NCBI GenBank assembly: GCA_051362555.1
Contig: CM120647.1
Coordinates: 4,836,001-4,900,000, forward strand
From: Lingula anatina
Taxonomy: Eukaryota > Animalia > Brachiopoda
DNA length: 64,000 nucleotides
Direction: 5' to 3'
Position numbers and translations under genes: made by a program. Position 1 is the stretch's first letter, and every line of letters starts with the position of its first letter. The notes under the pieces were generated by a model. It was given only the letters and a program-made list of their open reading frames with translations. It did no database searches and had not been told where the DNA came from. Below, piece after piece: positions 1-13,130 of this stretch.

Positions 1-683
1 ACAAACACGATCCCGATTATAACGTTCCTTCCTACATTAAATCATCAAGCCATCTTTTAACTTAAACCAGTACGACACCGGACTAAAATAGACACATACC
101 CACAATGCAATAGGCGGGGATTCCCCTTAACAGGTGTTATCATGGCGTCCTCAAAAAAGGTCGAACTTGGCGGGTAAACATGGTGTCTAAACGCTTGTTA
201 ACATATTAAACTTGGGAGAAATACGTTTTTTGTAGGTGAACGAGAAAAGACCCCTTGTTGCTAGAGAGAGAGAGAGAGAGAGAGGGAAAGAGAGAGGGAG
301 CTAGAGAGAGAAGGGGTTGATATTGCCCTAATTCCTTATTGATCATAAAGGCATTAATGCTGAAAAAGCAGTCCTTTGTCAACAGCGAGAGTAAATGTGG
401 TGTTGAATAAGAAAATAGTCACCGTTTGGAACGATTTCTGGAGCTCATTAAGCATATATCCCATAACCAACTCACTCTGGCCTACCTGTATTTCGAGGAG
501 TTCAAAACATTCCCGTTCAGTCGCCTGGTCGCCAAAAGATCCGCCGTGAAAATGCTACTGTTTGATTTGAAAGGCCTTCACTTTGATCACCTGACTTTCT
601 GCGAATCGGTCAAATTCGCCGTACGCCAATTTCTCTCTAAAGTAATCATACTGTATAATTGACCCTTGCTGCACTGAAGTAAA

Positions 684-963
684 CCCGCACGAAAACGAAG
701 TAGATACTCCAACGCAGTAGACTAGTGCAATCATACTGCAAACATGCCTCAAATCTGCTTCGATTTGGGAGCTAATTAGCATATTTGAAACATGCTTCTA
801 TCATATGTTGCTAATCTACTAATGCTCCTCTCTTTATAAACCTATGTAATTTTTTGCTGTGGAATTGCAGTATGCTATACTGTATTTCTACTGCAAATAT
901 GGCCCATACCACTACTGCGTTAATGTTCTTTGCTACTTCGATACTACTGCACGTTCATGCGGG
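684..963. mobile_element. Small non-autonomous TIR element (EnSpm/CACTA-like, CCC termini)
   Basis: Left end CCCGCACGAA and right end TTCATGCGGG are imperfect inverted repeats; AA flanks both sides (2-bp TSD); internal short TACTAC/GTAG repeats. Confidence 0.5.
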
Positions 964-1295
964 AATGCACGTCGATTTTAATCAATGATTAACTAAGAGA
1001 TAAAAACCAAGCCAGCTGTCCTGCTTACCTACATGTATAGTGTTTTCGTTCTTCAAGATTGTGTCTGCTTATCTATAATAGTTGCTAATTTGCTAGATTC
1101 AGAGTTAAATGTTTAGTAGATAAAATACAAAGTACCTCCACTTTATTACCTTAATTCAATGCGCAATGTACTGAACTTGTCACTCCTATTTTCTTTTTCA
1201 CTTCCGCGAAAATTCCACAGTTGTTTCGATACTTGTCTGCCATCTAGCGGTAATGAAAAGGAGTATGGTTGGTTGTGAGTCACATCCTAGAATAA

Positions 1296-3117
1296 GGGCC
1301 CCTTTACACTGGACGGCGTCCTTTCTGCGTTCAAAAATGTGGCCAGGACGCTCAACGGTCGCCAAAGCAATTAAATCGAGCCTCAGTGTAAAGGCGTCTG
1401 CGTCTGCGTCCCTTGTGCGTCCTTTGAACGACCGAATCTTGATTTTACCTGTAAAACTGAGAGCAACCTGCCTGCCTCCACTGTACGTCCCCTGTGCAAC
1501 CCAAGGCGTCCATTGCGATGTTTGAGCGATCATTGAAGGCTCAGTCACAATGTCGGCGATCTGTCGGGGATTAGTTTTGGCCGGGGGTCGTCGTAGAAAA
1601 TAAAGAATCCTTGGACAATCCTAGCAATAATCCTAATAAAAGTGGAGCAGTCACATTGTCTGAGATTTTTTCAAGGATTTTCAACCGGTTTTGTCGAAAA
1701 ATCGTGGGATTAGCCTCATGCAATCGGAGGCGATCGGAGACGATATCTGCGAGCGTCTTTTCTTGTAATTCCCCCCCCCCCCCTTTTCTCAAACTTTTAG
1801 CGATCCGGTCGGAGGCGCCCTTATATACACGGCGATTTACTACGATTCCACCCTATGATTCGTCGGAGACGATCTCATAAAGCGTACCAATCGTCGCAGG
1901 GCGCCTCCGATTCAGTCGGAGGGCACCGGAGACTACTCGCAGATATTGAAGCTCAACCTGATTTTCCAATCCCACACAGAATCTTACGACTAGTCTCAGA
2001 TTATTCGGAGGACTCCTCCGATTAATCGAAGGGCATCGTAGGTCATCGGAGATTGTGTCTGGGATGCCCAAAATGGGTGGAAAATCTTGCGAGCAATCTT
2101 AAAATTTTAAGTTCAAAGTTGGGGACCGTGACGGGTGTGGCGATGTCTAAAAAATCTGCGACAACCCGCAGGCGTCCGGAGAGCGCCTCCGACGGGTGCA
2201 AAATCGTAAGATCAGTCTCAAGATTTTGTTCAAATTTCCCAGTTTTTACCCATCCCCGACGCATCGCAACTGATTTGTGACTGAGCCTTGAGCATTCTTG
2301 CTGCGTTTTCTGTACCTTCATCGGCGGTCAGTGGCGTCTATTCTACGATCATTCTGCATCCTGCGTGACCGATGAGCGTTGTTTGGGCGTCCTTCTCTAT
2401 ATTCTAACTCATATTTTTCATCTGTTCTAACCAGGTCATCCAATAAAGAACATTTCCAGCACACAAAGTAAATAAATGGGAATAAACGCTTTAAACTATA
2501 GTGATGCAAGGTCTGCATGGACTGATAATCAGCCAGGTGCTCATTGTTATCCATATAAGAAGGATGAACAGTCGCCGAAAACGAGAAAGAATGACTGACA
2601 ACATAGAATGTTTGAATCCGTTTTCAAATGACGCATTCTGCAAAAAGTTCTGACAATTAATGCATCTTGTAAAAAAGGCAAAATATTCGTTTCATAATAA
2701 CCTAAAAAAATGGATCGCTTCATGAATTTTAGGGAAAAAATAATCGGAGGCTGATATGAGACCACTGTTCCCCCTAGAATTCCTGTCTGGTGAATGTCTG
2801 GTGAATGTCTGTCTGGTGAATGCTTGTGCCTCCTTTCTACGACCGCGGCGATGCTTGTGCGTTCTCTCTGCGACCACGGCGATGCTTGTGCGTCCTTTCT
2901 GCGTCCACTGAGCGACCATCCTCCATCGCGTTCTCTCTGCGATTGTTTTGAACATGCTCAAATCTTCGCGGCGGCCATGGCGTCCTCGGCGATGCTTGAA
3001 CGTTCTTTGTGCGACCTTGGCGATCACTGTGCGTTCTTCGAGCGTCCGACGGCGTCCTGGTCAGTTTCATGGTCGCACAAAGGACGCAGAAAGGACGCCG
3101 CCAGTGTAAAGGGGGTT
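1296..3117. mobile_element. Non-autonomous PIF/Harbinger-type element
   Basis: TIRs GGGCCCCTTTACACTGGACGGCGTCCTTTCTGCGT ... ACGCAGAAAGGACGCCGCCAGTGTAAAGGGGGTT; TAA TSD at 1293-1295 and 3118-3120; GC-rich subterminal repeats. Confidence 0.8.
1537..2288. mobile_element. Harbinger-type MITE nested in the 1296-3117 element
   Basis: Perfect 14-bp TIR AGGCTCAGTCACAA ... TTGTGACTGAGCCT; TGA TSD at 1534-1536 and 2289-2291. Confidence 0.85.
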
Positions 3118-5128
3118 TAAGTGGCCGCAAATGACCTAGAAATACTAGTCAGTCTGGGTATCTGAGTTTCCCTTACAATATATCTAGCTGCAAAGCAATT
3201 AAGGACATTCGAAGGTCTTTCTCCCCCAGATCTACTCACACTGGACAATAGAAGTGTCATCCCTACTGAAGCAATACTTTGGGGGAGATAAATGTGTATG
3301 AAATCGCATCACCATTCAGATTCAAGATCGGATATTTGATGTAACCTTCCCGGGCATTTTATGCATTGTTCAGTACACTAGCTTGTTTCTCTGTATATTA
3401 ATAATATTTTGGAAATTAATATTAAAGAACGCGGTCTATTCAGCATTCTGTGAATGTAATCAATTATAGATGTAAGCAGCACCAATGTGTCATAATGGTC
3501 GCTTATCGGTAGATGAATTCTGTTATCACTATAATCATTTGTCTTGTAAGTCCATAGTTTTCAATCTACTGAAAGCCTGTGTGCTTGTGTTGATTTGAGC
3601 GTTCGTGAACATTTATTATTATTACGTGTGTGTATCACAACTCCGCATGGAGTCCACTATCTAACATGGACAAACACGTGTGACCAAACATATCAGAACT
3701 CCGCATAGAGTCCACACTCTCCAACCTGCAGGAACTGCTCACTTTTTTCCCTTTCACCACCAGAGGGACCCACCGCACAACCACCTCCAACACAATCCAA
3801 CACAATCGGTCACAACCATAACAATATTTGACACACCTCTTACATCTTTTATCAATAGAGTCACTGCTTAATGCATGCCGAGATTTGCACTGTGTCTACA
3901 TCTCATCTACCACACTGAAGATAAACATTACATGTGACAAATTAAAGAGGCTCGATGTCCAACCCTTTGGAAAATAGTAAATTTTGATTAGTAAATTCCA
4001 GTGTAAAATGCAAAACAGACCTAATATAACTAATTAGATATCTTCAATACTATCAAACCGTTTATCAAAACTGGTCCTTTGTATTAGTCGCATGACATCA
4101 CCTTGGTCTGATTAAATACATAGGGGCGGGTCCAGGATGATTTGAAGGGAGGGGGTGCGAGCCTCCAAATATGTTGGTAATTTAGTGGTTATTTTTATAT
4201 TTTTATTACATTCAATCAATTGACTTTATCGATCTCCAAAAGCAATATATGGCACGAAATGAACCCAGTGTCAACACAATATAAGAAATCCTACATGTAG
4301 AAACTGAAACATCAAGCAGCACGACTGGCTAAGATTCAATTTCGAGTTCTATTATATAATGAATTAAAATATGTAAGATTCATGAATATTCAACTTGCTA
4401 TGAATATATATTTCACAAATATACTGACTGGCAATTAACAGTTAAAATAAAATGAAAATGAGACGTAAAGACTAAAAACTGTAACTTCAAGGCAGCATTG
4501 GAAAACTTTTAAGGTAAGTTCATTGTATAACTGAATCAGTTTTATGCCATTAGTCCAAAATGAAACGCACATCATATTTTATTTTGCTTTATTTAAATCC
4601 ATTTACTGTATTTTAAATGTTAATTAAAAGTGAAGTGCATGTTTTAAAAGAAAAAGATATAACGTATGTTTTTTTTTTGTTCTTTTTTTGCATCTCAAAA
4701 TATATTTGCTCCTGAAGAAATAAACAAAATACACATGTCTGCAGTGTATGGCGGTGTATACCATGCTTGACAATACTGTGCCTGCCAAAAGACGTATATA
4801 AAGCAGTGTTTGGTACGTTCCAAATTATCCAATCATCACGAGGATGTCGCCCTTCATTACCATTGCATTACATATGTTTTGTGTCTTTCTGACAAGCACC
4901 CAAACCCGGAAAACCCATTAGGACAAACAACTCATATTGGGGGCATATCCGCCTATGCTATTTAGCATACTGATTGACTTGCCCGATCATTTTCCATGTT
5001 TTGTATTACAGTTGTAGCACCCTGCTAGCACACAGAACATAAAAGGTAATACAAAAAGGGAATATATGCATATACACATTTTAATATCGATTTAGGGAAA
5101 CAGTTTATTGGAAAAGAAAATAATTGGA

Positions 5129-5202
5129 TAGCAGAGCAAGGTTTCAATACTATAGAGTCCTCGGGGTTATGGGCCCGCACGCTTCCAACGTGCCTTTCTG
5201 CT
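5129..5202 (-). pseudogene. Degenerate initiator tRNA-Met(CAT) copy 1
   Basis: Reverse complement resembles eukaryotic tRNAi-Met (AGCAGA...GGAAGCGTGC.GGGCCCATAACCC...GAAACC...CTCTGCTA); CAT anticodon kept; D and T arms carry substitutions and indels. Confidence 0.75.
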
Positions 5203-5919
5203 AATCCTAGCATTATCTTTCATCAATAAGTAAACTGATGCAATGTCATATTGTCTGGTTATTGTAGTATAAATACGAATAAATGTGATCGTATATATAA
5301 CGTGACGATGAAAGCACTGTCCTTAGGTTGATTCACAAATAAATATTATCTTCATTTTCTTCACAAAAATAAACATCCTATTGACGCTAAATACAGACCT
5401 GACATTTAATATGGAATATTTCAGTTTCGAAGGTATGCCTAGGTAAAAATACGTTCTTTTTTCAAAAAACTTCGATCTCATATAAGATTTGTGAATGTAA
5501 AAGTGTGCAGTCAGGTGTGTCACTACCACTGCCTGTTGCGCTGCTACATTATGTAATTTGCAGTGATTTAATTGGGTAGTGTTCCTTTGGGCTGATCAAA
5601 GCTTGGCTTAGGCAAAGCTTGGTTCTGTCAAAAAAAGTATCCATATTTCGGCAACTACTGCATAGAAGAATTTGAAATTTTGCATGCAAGCGGTCAGTTT
5701 TGCAGTGCGTAAGATGAGTCAAGTAGTGCATTACAAATGTGTTAATCTAAGGCAGAATGGCGCGAAAAAGACAGACATTACCAGACAGATCATAGCGCCT
5801 AACGGAACGGTCCCCACAGTTTTATAGAGTAATGCCCAGACTGATGTACCTACACAGAGGTCACCCCCAATGTATCAAATTTTTACCTACAGAGTACAGG
5901 ACCCACTGTCTTTCGGGAT

Positions 5920-6715
5920 ACGCTGCTGCAACTAAAAAAAAACACTTAGTCCGTTCAGAACGAGGGGTAAATTGCCACTAAAATGCGTTTTTCAAAGCCC
6001 TTAGCGAACACCAAACTGGTTTTCGCAGGTAAGAACACCAAGTGACCTCCGAGGTACCCACTGGGGGCCATGAACGATTCTGGGTATAACACTGAAACTG
6101 CGTGGCTTTCTTTATTGAGGTCATATTTAACCTGTACCGCTCAATTAGTCAAAACAGAGTTTACAGATATCCAGAAGAGGCCTACGACGAAGCATATGCC
6201 GGGTCTAAAGTGACAAGGGTGATTGACAGCGTCAGTATTTGGAGTAGATTCCACATTGGTGCCAAAACACCAATGGTAGTCATCGACGAAAACCTGAACC
6301 AGATCAAATAAAGGAATAATCTCGGAATCACTTGACTATCATTTGATAGGGGGCACCTTAGGAACAATTCTAGGTTGCACGATGAGGTTGCAGGTTCACA
6401 CTGAGCACTTTTAATAGCAGATAACTTACAGAACCAATGGGAATGAGCAGCTACCCTGGTCATCAAAATCGCCACATTTGAACCACATAGACAATATTTC
6501 GTTCAACCATTACTCGCCAATCAACTGCCTACATGTCCTACAACAAAAACTGGACCAGATTGGACAATTTTAGACTTATGCCTGGAATGCTATTCCAGAT
6601 TGAACTCTAAACCCCCCCCCCCCCCCCCCCCCCCCCCCAGAAATGCCTTGCAACTTGAGAGCGCTGGCAACAGCCACAAAGAGGCCAGGCATAACAACGA
6701 CCATTACTGTGACTA
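5920..6715. repeat. Dispersed repeat shared with 41320-41870 (unclassified, old)
   Basis: Shared blocks such as TTCAGAACGAG.GG.AAATT and AAAACCTGAACCAGATCAAATA.AGG occur in the same order at both loci; boundaries approximate. Confidence 0.55.
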
Positions 6716-7115
6716 GCAACTGACATGTGGGTCTTTTGTAGAGCGTATTACCCTTTTACAGACGATAATTTGGAAAATATGGAGATTCAAAATATCTCTT
6801 TTAATGGGAGTCGTATGACATAGAATAGGCAATGTGTTTTTGTTTGCTTCTCTGGCGAATTCCATTAATGAACTGATGTCACAATGACATCAAAGAGATA
6901 ATTAAAAGTTATTTAAACACGATTTTAATCCTTATTTTCATTTATCAGTCAGCAAAATAGGAAAAAACTGATAAATAATCATTTCGAAAAAAATATTCCA
7001 TATTAAATGTCAAGTCTGTTGTTTATATGCTGGGACATACCCCGCCCATAATTCAACACATTTATCCACCAAAAACCTCCACATAAACTCAGGGCAGATA
7101 ATGATTTCAATTTGC

Positions 7116-7168
<53 letters not shown>

Positions 7169-7301
7169 AGGGCAGAGAATGAAACAGATGATGATTTCAA
7201 TTTGCCATGAAACAAGATCTTAGTCAGATCAAAACACGGTTTTAGTACCTGTACGTGTACGCGATAAAGACACATAGATACAATTTTTTGGTATGTATGG
7301 A

Positions 7302-7345
<44 letters not shown>

Positions 7346-7402
7346 TAGAGACAGAAAGAGAAACAGAGGGAAAGGCATAGAGAGAGAGAGATCGGGGTAT
7401 AT

Positions 7403-7439
<37 letters not shown>

Positions 7440-7447
7440 TTCAGAGA

Positions 7448-7645
7448 GGGGTTGACGTGTATCAGTAAAATAACTCCACGCACGTACACACATGGAATAC
7501 CAGTATTTCATAACATCAAAGGAATAGAAACAAACTGCTTTATTTGAAATACGTATGTTATTGCATGGTAAATCCTTATCGAAGGTCGCGTGACAATTCA
7601 GGTTGCTTTTATATATCACCCCTTTAATGATTCTATCACTTTAGA
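7448..7645 (+). promoter_or_regulatory. Putative promoter of Cys-rich peptide gene A
   Basis: Block TTGACGTGTATCAGTAAA (TGACGT CRE-like core), CCTTATC (GATA site on the reverse strand), TTTTATATAT TATA-like box at about 7607 and a TCAC Inr-like site about 28 bp downstream. Conserved at 17644-17885 and 18814-19015. Confidence 0.55.
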
Positions 7646-7683
7646 CTAGCTGGCCAATTTGCTCATTATTTGGAAGAACGACG

Positions 7684-8605
7684 ATGTTCAGAATGAAGGG
7701 CTTGCTGTGCGCAGTTGTTGTGACGATTTTTCTTCATGCCGATGGTGAGTGGATATTATTTGTTTTGTTTTTTAGACCCGGAAATCAAGTGTGTCGTTTC
7801 ATTGTATTTTATTTTGTTGCAACCATAAGCTCGAACAAACGTTAACATAGGTAAACAATGCACAATGCGTATTTCATTTCGTTGCAACCCATAAACAAGC
7901 AAACGTCAACGTCATCTGTCAGACTGTTGTTTGTTTCTCATCAACATAGCGAAATTTGCATTGATTCGTTAACAATGAGGACATATGAATATATTAATTA
8001 TTTACAGAGATACTTAATGTCAGGGTTTGATGCAGGCTTTTTTGGCAGAAAGAGTGACGGGGGGATGGCACGAAGAGCGGGGCTTAAAAGTAGCGGATTT
8101 AGAGGGGGGTCAGTGGGGTCCTGATCTCCCCCACCCCCCACCCACCCACTTGGATTTCTGGCCCCACTCCTGAATCAAGAATTTTGACTAGCTGTCATAG
8201 TTCTTAACCGTACCAGATGACACCGTTCGCCCTCTAAACTCCCAAAATTTCCGTGGCCTTCAGCGGGTTCCTAACCCCATCCCAAGTTTGTGGGTGGGGG
8301 AGAGGGTCTGCTTCGCATTCGCAACCTCCAGCCCCCCGGTCAAATAATCCTGGAAAAGCTCCGAATTTTTTGATAATCGAGTCCGAACATGATTTTGAAT
8401 GGAATAATATATATAGTTTCGTAATTTTTTTTTCATGTTAGGGGCGCCGGTTTCATCAGTCAAGATGCCTGAAAGAAGAAACATCTGTGCAGTTGACGCA
8501 GATTGCTCGCAGTCGTGTGATATGGCACCTTGGGTGACTTATATTTGCATTCCATATTGTCACCAGCCAACTTCCACATGTTATGCATTCACCTTCGATC
8601 GTTAG
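7684..8605 (+). CDS. Secreted 6-Cys peptide precursor, copy A (74 aa; exons 7684-7744, 8442-8605)
   Basis: Spliced by hand (GTGAGT donor, TTAG acceptor, phase 1): MFRMKGLLCAVVVTIFLHADG-APVSSVKMPERR-NICAVDADCSQSCDMAPWVTYICIPYCHQPTSTCYAFTFDR*. Hydrophobic N-terminus, dibasic site, AATAAA at about 8815, and a paralog at 19048 with synonymous differences. Confidence 0.85.
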
Positions 8606-8864
8606 GACAGTACGACTGGCTCATTTTAAAGGGTGCAATTAAGATTAAAAAAAAACTTTGAAACAAGAAAATGTCATTACCCTTTTCACAGATATGTTTA
8701 TGAGATCTCAAATCATTCAGATGAAACAGGCGTTTATTTCATGGATTTCGGCAGTTTACACAGTGTGCATAATTTACCTGCAGTTTGAAAACAGTTTTCA
8801 AAAGACCGACCATAAATAAAAGTGAGTTAGGAGATGATGATATACCTTTATAGTTTTGCATGGT

Positions 8865-8906
<42 letters not shown>

Positions 8907-9462
8907 GCGGTAGCGTTAGAAAGAGGGACAAGTCTATCAAGAAAATAAATATAATTGTCGATTTCTGTTTTGCTGGATGTACATTACACAAGCATTTCAT
9001 TCAAAACAAAACTAATCATAACTGCTTATAAACGATTCCCTTTGAAATCTAGTGTGGCATTGTTTTATTATGTTTAAGTCTTTTTATTATTATTTTTTTT
9101 TTTTCGTATTATGCACGCCAGTTTGTAATGAGGGAAAGCTACGTGTTTTTTTTTAAACATAGAGTAGCATAGTATTTCATGTATTTCGGTATTTTAACAC
9201 TGCATTTTACATAATAATTTCTCATACAGATCTGTCAGCCGTAGATCAGTGAAATGTGGTTATGCACATGCATAACACGCCAGCATTTCATAGACAACGA
9301 AGGAGATATTAGATTTCTTTGAACTGCACCTAATACCAGTATACCGTGCTGTAATGAAACCTTAGCTTATGGTGAAACACGTTTATTACTTATTTGAGTG
9401 TTATGTACCACATATTATACTGGGGCTTCAGTCTCTTTAGAATAGCTGGCCAAAACCCTACG

Positions 9463-9489
9463 ATGTTGAGGATGGTTGCGGTGACCTGA
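9463..9489 (+). pseudogene. Orphan exon-1 relic of the peptide family
   Basis: Preceded by the family 5' UTR motif TTTAGAATAGCTGGCCA; reads MLRMVAVT*; downstream sequence matches 18050-18150. Confidence 0.55.
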
Positions 9490-9722
9490 GTGTCAGGGAA
9501 CTATAAAGCTAGCTTGTCACTATAACTTTTCAAGATGTGGTTTCTTTACAGAGCCTCTGAAGAACAGCGGCAATCTTGATTATCCGTCAATGGGACTGTT
9601 CGACAAGGAATATAAGAAAAGTGAAAAAAAAAATATATATATATGTGGGGGGGGGGGCATATCTTTTTATGCCAAATCAGAGGAGATATTGGATTGGAAC
9701 CTATAGCTAATGAAATCTGTTA

Positions 9723-10074
9723 GGCCCCTATTTCACACAGACCGCGAGAGGATTCGTCAGATTTTGCCAATTTTCTGGTCTAATTCGACATGCTCACGAT
9801 TCAGTTACGATACAGGTGCGATAGTGTACGAATATTCGTGGGATTCGACTGAAATTGCACGAATATTGTCCAGAAATTCACTACGATTTTTTTTGAATCG
9901 GGAGTTCATGGCCAAAACTTTGAACAGCTCAATCTGTTGCCACAAATTCCTGATTGATCATGAATTGCAAGAACTGACTACGATTATATACGAATCTGTT
10001 AATAACTTCACGAATCCTGAAATTTTCAATTCCTGGCGCTTCGTGGGATTCGAGGTCTGTGTGAAATAGGGGTA
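9723..10074. mobile_element. Harbinger-type MITE
   Basis: TIR CCCCTATTTCACACAGACC ... GGTCTGTGTGAAATAGGGG; TTA TSD at 9720-9722 and 10075-10077. Confidence 0.85.
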
Positions 10075-10075
10075 T

Positions 10076-10145
10076 TAGCAGAGCTAGATTTCGATCCTAG
10101 GACCTCGGGATTATGGGCCCCATGCGTCTACTGCGTCAGTCTGCT
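10076..10145 (-). pseudogene. Degenerate initiator tRNA-Met(CAT) copy 2
   Basis: TAGCAGAG...TTTCGATCC...GACCTCGGGATTATGGGCCC...CTGCT resembles the reverse complement of tRNAi-Met; D arm damaged. Confidence 0.7.
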
Positions 10146-10340
10146 TCTAACAATATTGTCCCCCTCATTTATCAATAAATAATCTAATCCAATATCTTAC
10201 TTTCTTTCTTTTTTTTCTTTTGTAGTATAAATGTGTTTGGTCCGACATATGTAATCATAGACATAATATATTCGAAAAACGTCATGAAATTGCACCTGCT
10301 CAATGGACTTTGAAACATAAATGTGTTACTTATGACTCAA

Positions 10341-10411
<71 letters not shown>
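10341..10411. repeat. (AT)n microsatellite; others at about 19680, 21460, 23282, 35646, 36697, 38905; (GA)n at about 263, 7308, 8868, 18760, 20243, 37952, 38270
   Basis: Directly visible dinucleotide runs. Confidence 0.95.
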
Positions 10412-10416
<5 letters not shown>

Positions 10417-10968
10417 GTCACCCTAAGTTGTCTATCTTTGTATAACAGGTACTGCGAAATGTCAACAGCGTTAACGTCACTCCATCACATTTAAAGCGAC
10501 TTATTTTTCCTTGTGTTAGTTGACCTTGCAAAGATGTTTATTGGTAAGTATTTCTAAAAAACAAGTTAAGACAACTCCATAGTTCACTAAAGACCTAAAG
10601 TATCTGTCACATTTACTGTAAAGCGCCGTTTTTTTAATATGTTGATAAAGTTCGTTACAGTATTGATAAAAATAATATTATGTTTTCAATAATTAATATA
10701 TGAATTTATTGTCGTTTAACGAGTAAACGTAAATGATTTAGAGAATCAAGTCAGGTGAGGAAAGGAGTTCATAGGGCGGGGAGTTTTATACTCCGTTCAC
10801 ACTACAATCTGAAATATCCGAATTTTTGCAATGCGAATTGCGGGCGAAAAATCCGATTCGGTTTTCTGGCCACACACAGCAAAGGGAAACCGAATCGCGT
10901 ACTGAAAATCCAGGTGGAGGTTCCGGTTTGAAAAATTGCGCATGCGCAAAATCCATGAAAACAAAAAT

Positions 10969-13130
10969 ATGGCGCCAATCATTGCTCTTCTCGCACTTTG
11001 GTTTTTTTCTCGCGTGTTTGTTTTTGGAACCTCAGATTTATCCCAAAGGTCGTCAAAGGAAGATTCAATTAAGAAGAGGAAGAATTTGACGGAGAGAAGA
11101 AGGAGACTAGCCGGGTTTCGTAGGAGAGCTAGGGTACGTTCCATGCATACAGTACTTGTACAAGTAATCACAGCAGACGACTGATTATTTAAAATACTAC
11201 AAGGTCGTAGTTATTAGGCTTTATGTTATGCATTGCTACATCGTAAGACTGCTGATTTTGCGGGTTCTTTTTGACACTATTTACATGTGGCATCAAAGTC
11301 AAATTGCTGCAACTTCATCTGTTATTTCAAATTATTTAATACTAAATAGAATACCAGTACAACACCATAAAGTTGGGAGTTGTTAGTGTACGATATCGCA
11401 TTTAATTTCTTTCTGTGGTGAGTATTACTATTATGGTTATTATAAGCATATTTACATTAATGACTTTATATTTTTGTTGATTTCCATGCAGAAAAGACAG
11501 ATGCTTGTATTAGCAGTTGCATCATGGCTGAGGCCCAAGACAATAAACAGAAGTACCTGGGTCAGGGAAAGAAGGAACTTATTTTGGGAACACACTGTTA
11601 ATGAGCATTTTCAACACTATGCAATGGATAATACCTACAGGTGTGCTATGTTATAACACCAGCATTTAATTAGTAGAATTATATTTCATTCATTGGTAAA
11701 CTTTTTGTATAAATTGCAGCTAAATGTGGCTTAATTTAGGCAAGCTGTGCACCCTGAATATTATTTATATATTTTCCTCTGTTTGATCCTCTGATTATTA
11801 CTTCTTCAGGACTTTTACAGAGAGGGATTGGAGAGAGAATTTCAGGATGTGTAGAGATTCCTTTAATTTCTTGTGCAACATTCTGAGACCTCAGTTGACA
11901 AGAAAAAACACTCACCTACGCCGTGCCATAGCTGTTGAAAAGCAGGTATGTTTAAAATGTTACACGGTGAATCTTATACCGGTACAGCTGTACTTATGGT
12001 TTCCTATAAATGATTAGTATACCTCTGCAATATTTCTGCATTTTTAAAAGTTGATTACCTTTATTGTTAATTGAATACAGGAGACAATTTAAGGGAAGTT
12101 AACTTGAAATGTGTCAAACTTGATTTGCTATTTATTTACAAATTATTCTTTTAGTCCGTATTTGTTTTCAAATCAAGTGTATTTTGCGTCATGTTATTGA
12201 ATATTTTGTATGCATCAGTTCTGTTTTTCTTGATCTGCCCAGGTAGCAATAGCCCTTTGGTTTCTTGGGAGTGGAGACAGCTATCGAACGCTTGATCATC
12301 TGTTTGCAGTTGGAAGATCTACTGTTTCTGTGATTGTCAAAAGGTTCATTGAGGCGATCAACTCAAAAAAGCATATATTCATTACATTTCCTCAGGACCA
12401 AGAGCTGGACAGGGTTGTGGAAGGATATTATAATAAGTGGGGCTTCCCAAATGTGGGTGGAGCAATAGATGGGACACATAAACCCATCATCGCCCCACCT
12501 GACAGCAAGGGAGACTATTACAATAGAAAGGGATGGCACAGTGTACAGTTGCAGGCCATTTGTAATGACCGATACCAGTTTACTGATATATATGTTGGAT
12601 GGCCTGGCAGTGTTCACGATGCCAGGGTCTTTACCAACAGCCTCATATATGAAAGAGGAATGCAAGGCTCACTATTTAATCAGAAAACTGTATACCTCAA
12701 CAACAATGAAGTGCCACTGGTTTTACTTGGGGATGCTGCCTACCCTTTGTTGGACTTTCTGGTTAAACCATTTAATGACGACGGTAGGCTAACTGAGGCA
12801 CAGCATCATTATAACAATTGTCTATCTAGGGCCAGAATGACCATAGGAAATAGTTTTGGACGTTTAAAGGGCAGGTGGCGCTGTCTCTTAAAAAGACTGG
12901 ATGTTGGTATAGGAACCCTGGCTGAAGTTATTTTGTGCATATTGCACAACATCTGTGAACAAGAAGCTGATGGTTTTCCCGAGGACTGGTTACAGCTTGT
13001 ACATGCTCACGACCATGCTTATCCTCAGCCTCAAAATCGTCCTCAGCAACCACCACATAATCGAATTGCCCAACATGGATTCAATGCTGGTCAACACATT
13101 CGCAATGTACTAATACAATACTTCAATTGA
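10969..13130 (+). CDS. Harbinger (HARBI1-like DDE) transposase, about 445 aa; exons 10969-11133, 11492-11640, 11810-11945, 12243-13130
   Basis: GT-AG phase-compatible exons; motifs WRENFRM, GAIDGTH, YYNRKGWHS, WPGSVHDARV, LLGDAAYP, FGRLKGRW, LHN. Confidence 0.9.

Noticed and set aside
1198-3130. Cluster of overlapping 70-116 aa ORFs
   Set aside because: By-product of GC-rich MITE sequence; no recognisable domains.
4730-4925. TATA-like GTATATAAAG followed by MSPFITIALHMFCVFLTSTQTRKTH*, and a PAKRRI stretch resembling the family pro-site
   Set aside because: No splice donor, Cys framework or alignable homology to the peptide genes; probably chance.
5129-5202. Functional tRNA gene or tRNA-derived SINE
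   Set aside because: Stem and box mutations argue against function; shared upstream flank and lack of a common body or tail argue against a SINE.
7003-7619. ORFs rich in F, ER or SL repeats (also YI repeats elsewhere)
   Set aside because: Translations of poly(A), (GA)n and (AT)n tracts.
10449-10545. Exon-like segment with good acceptor and GTAAGT donor
   Set aside because: In-frame stop after the ATG and no identifiable partner exon.
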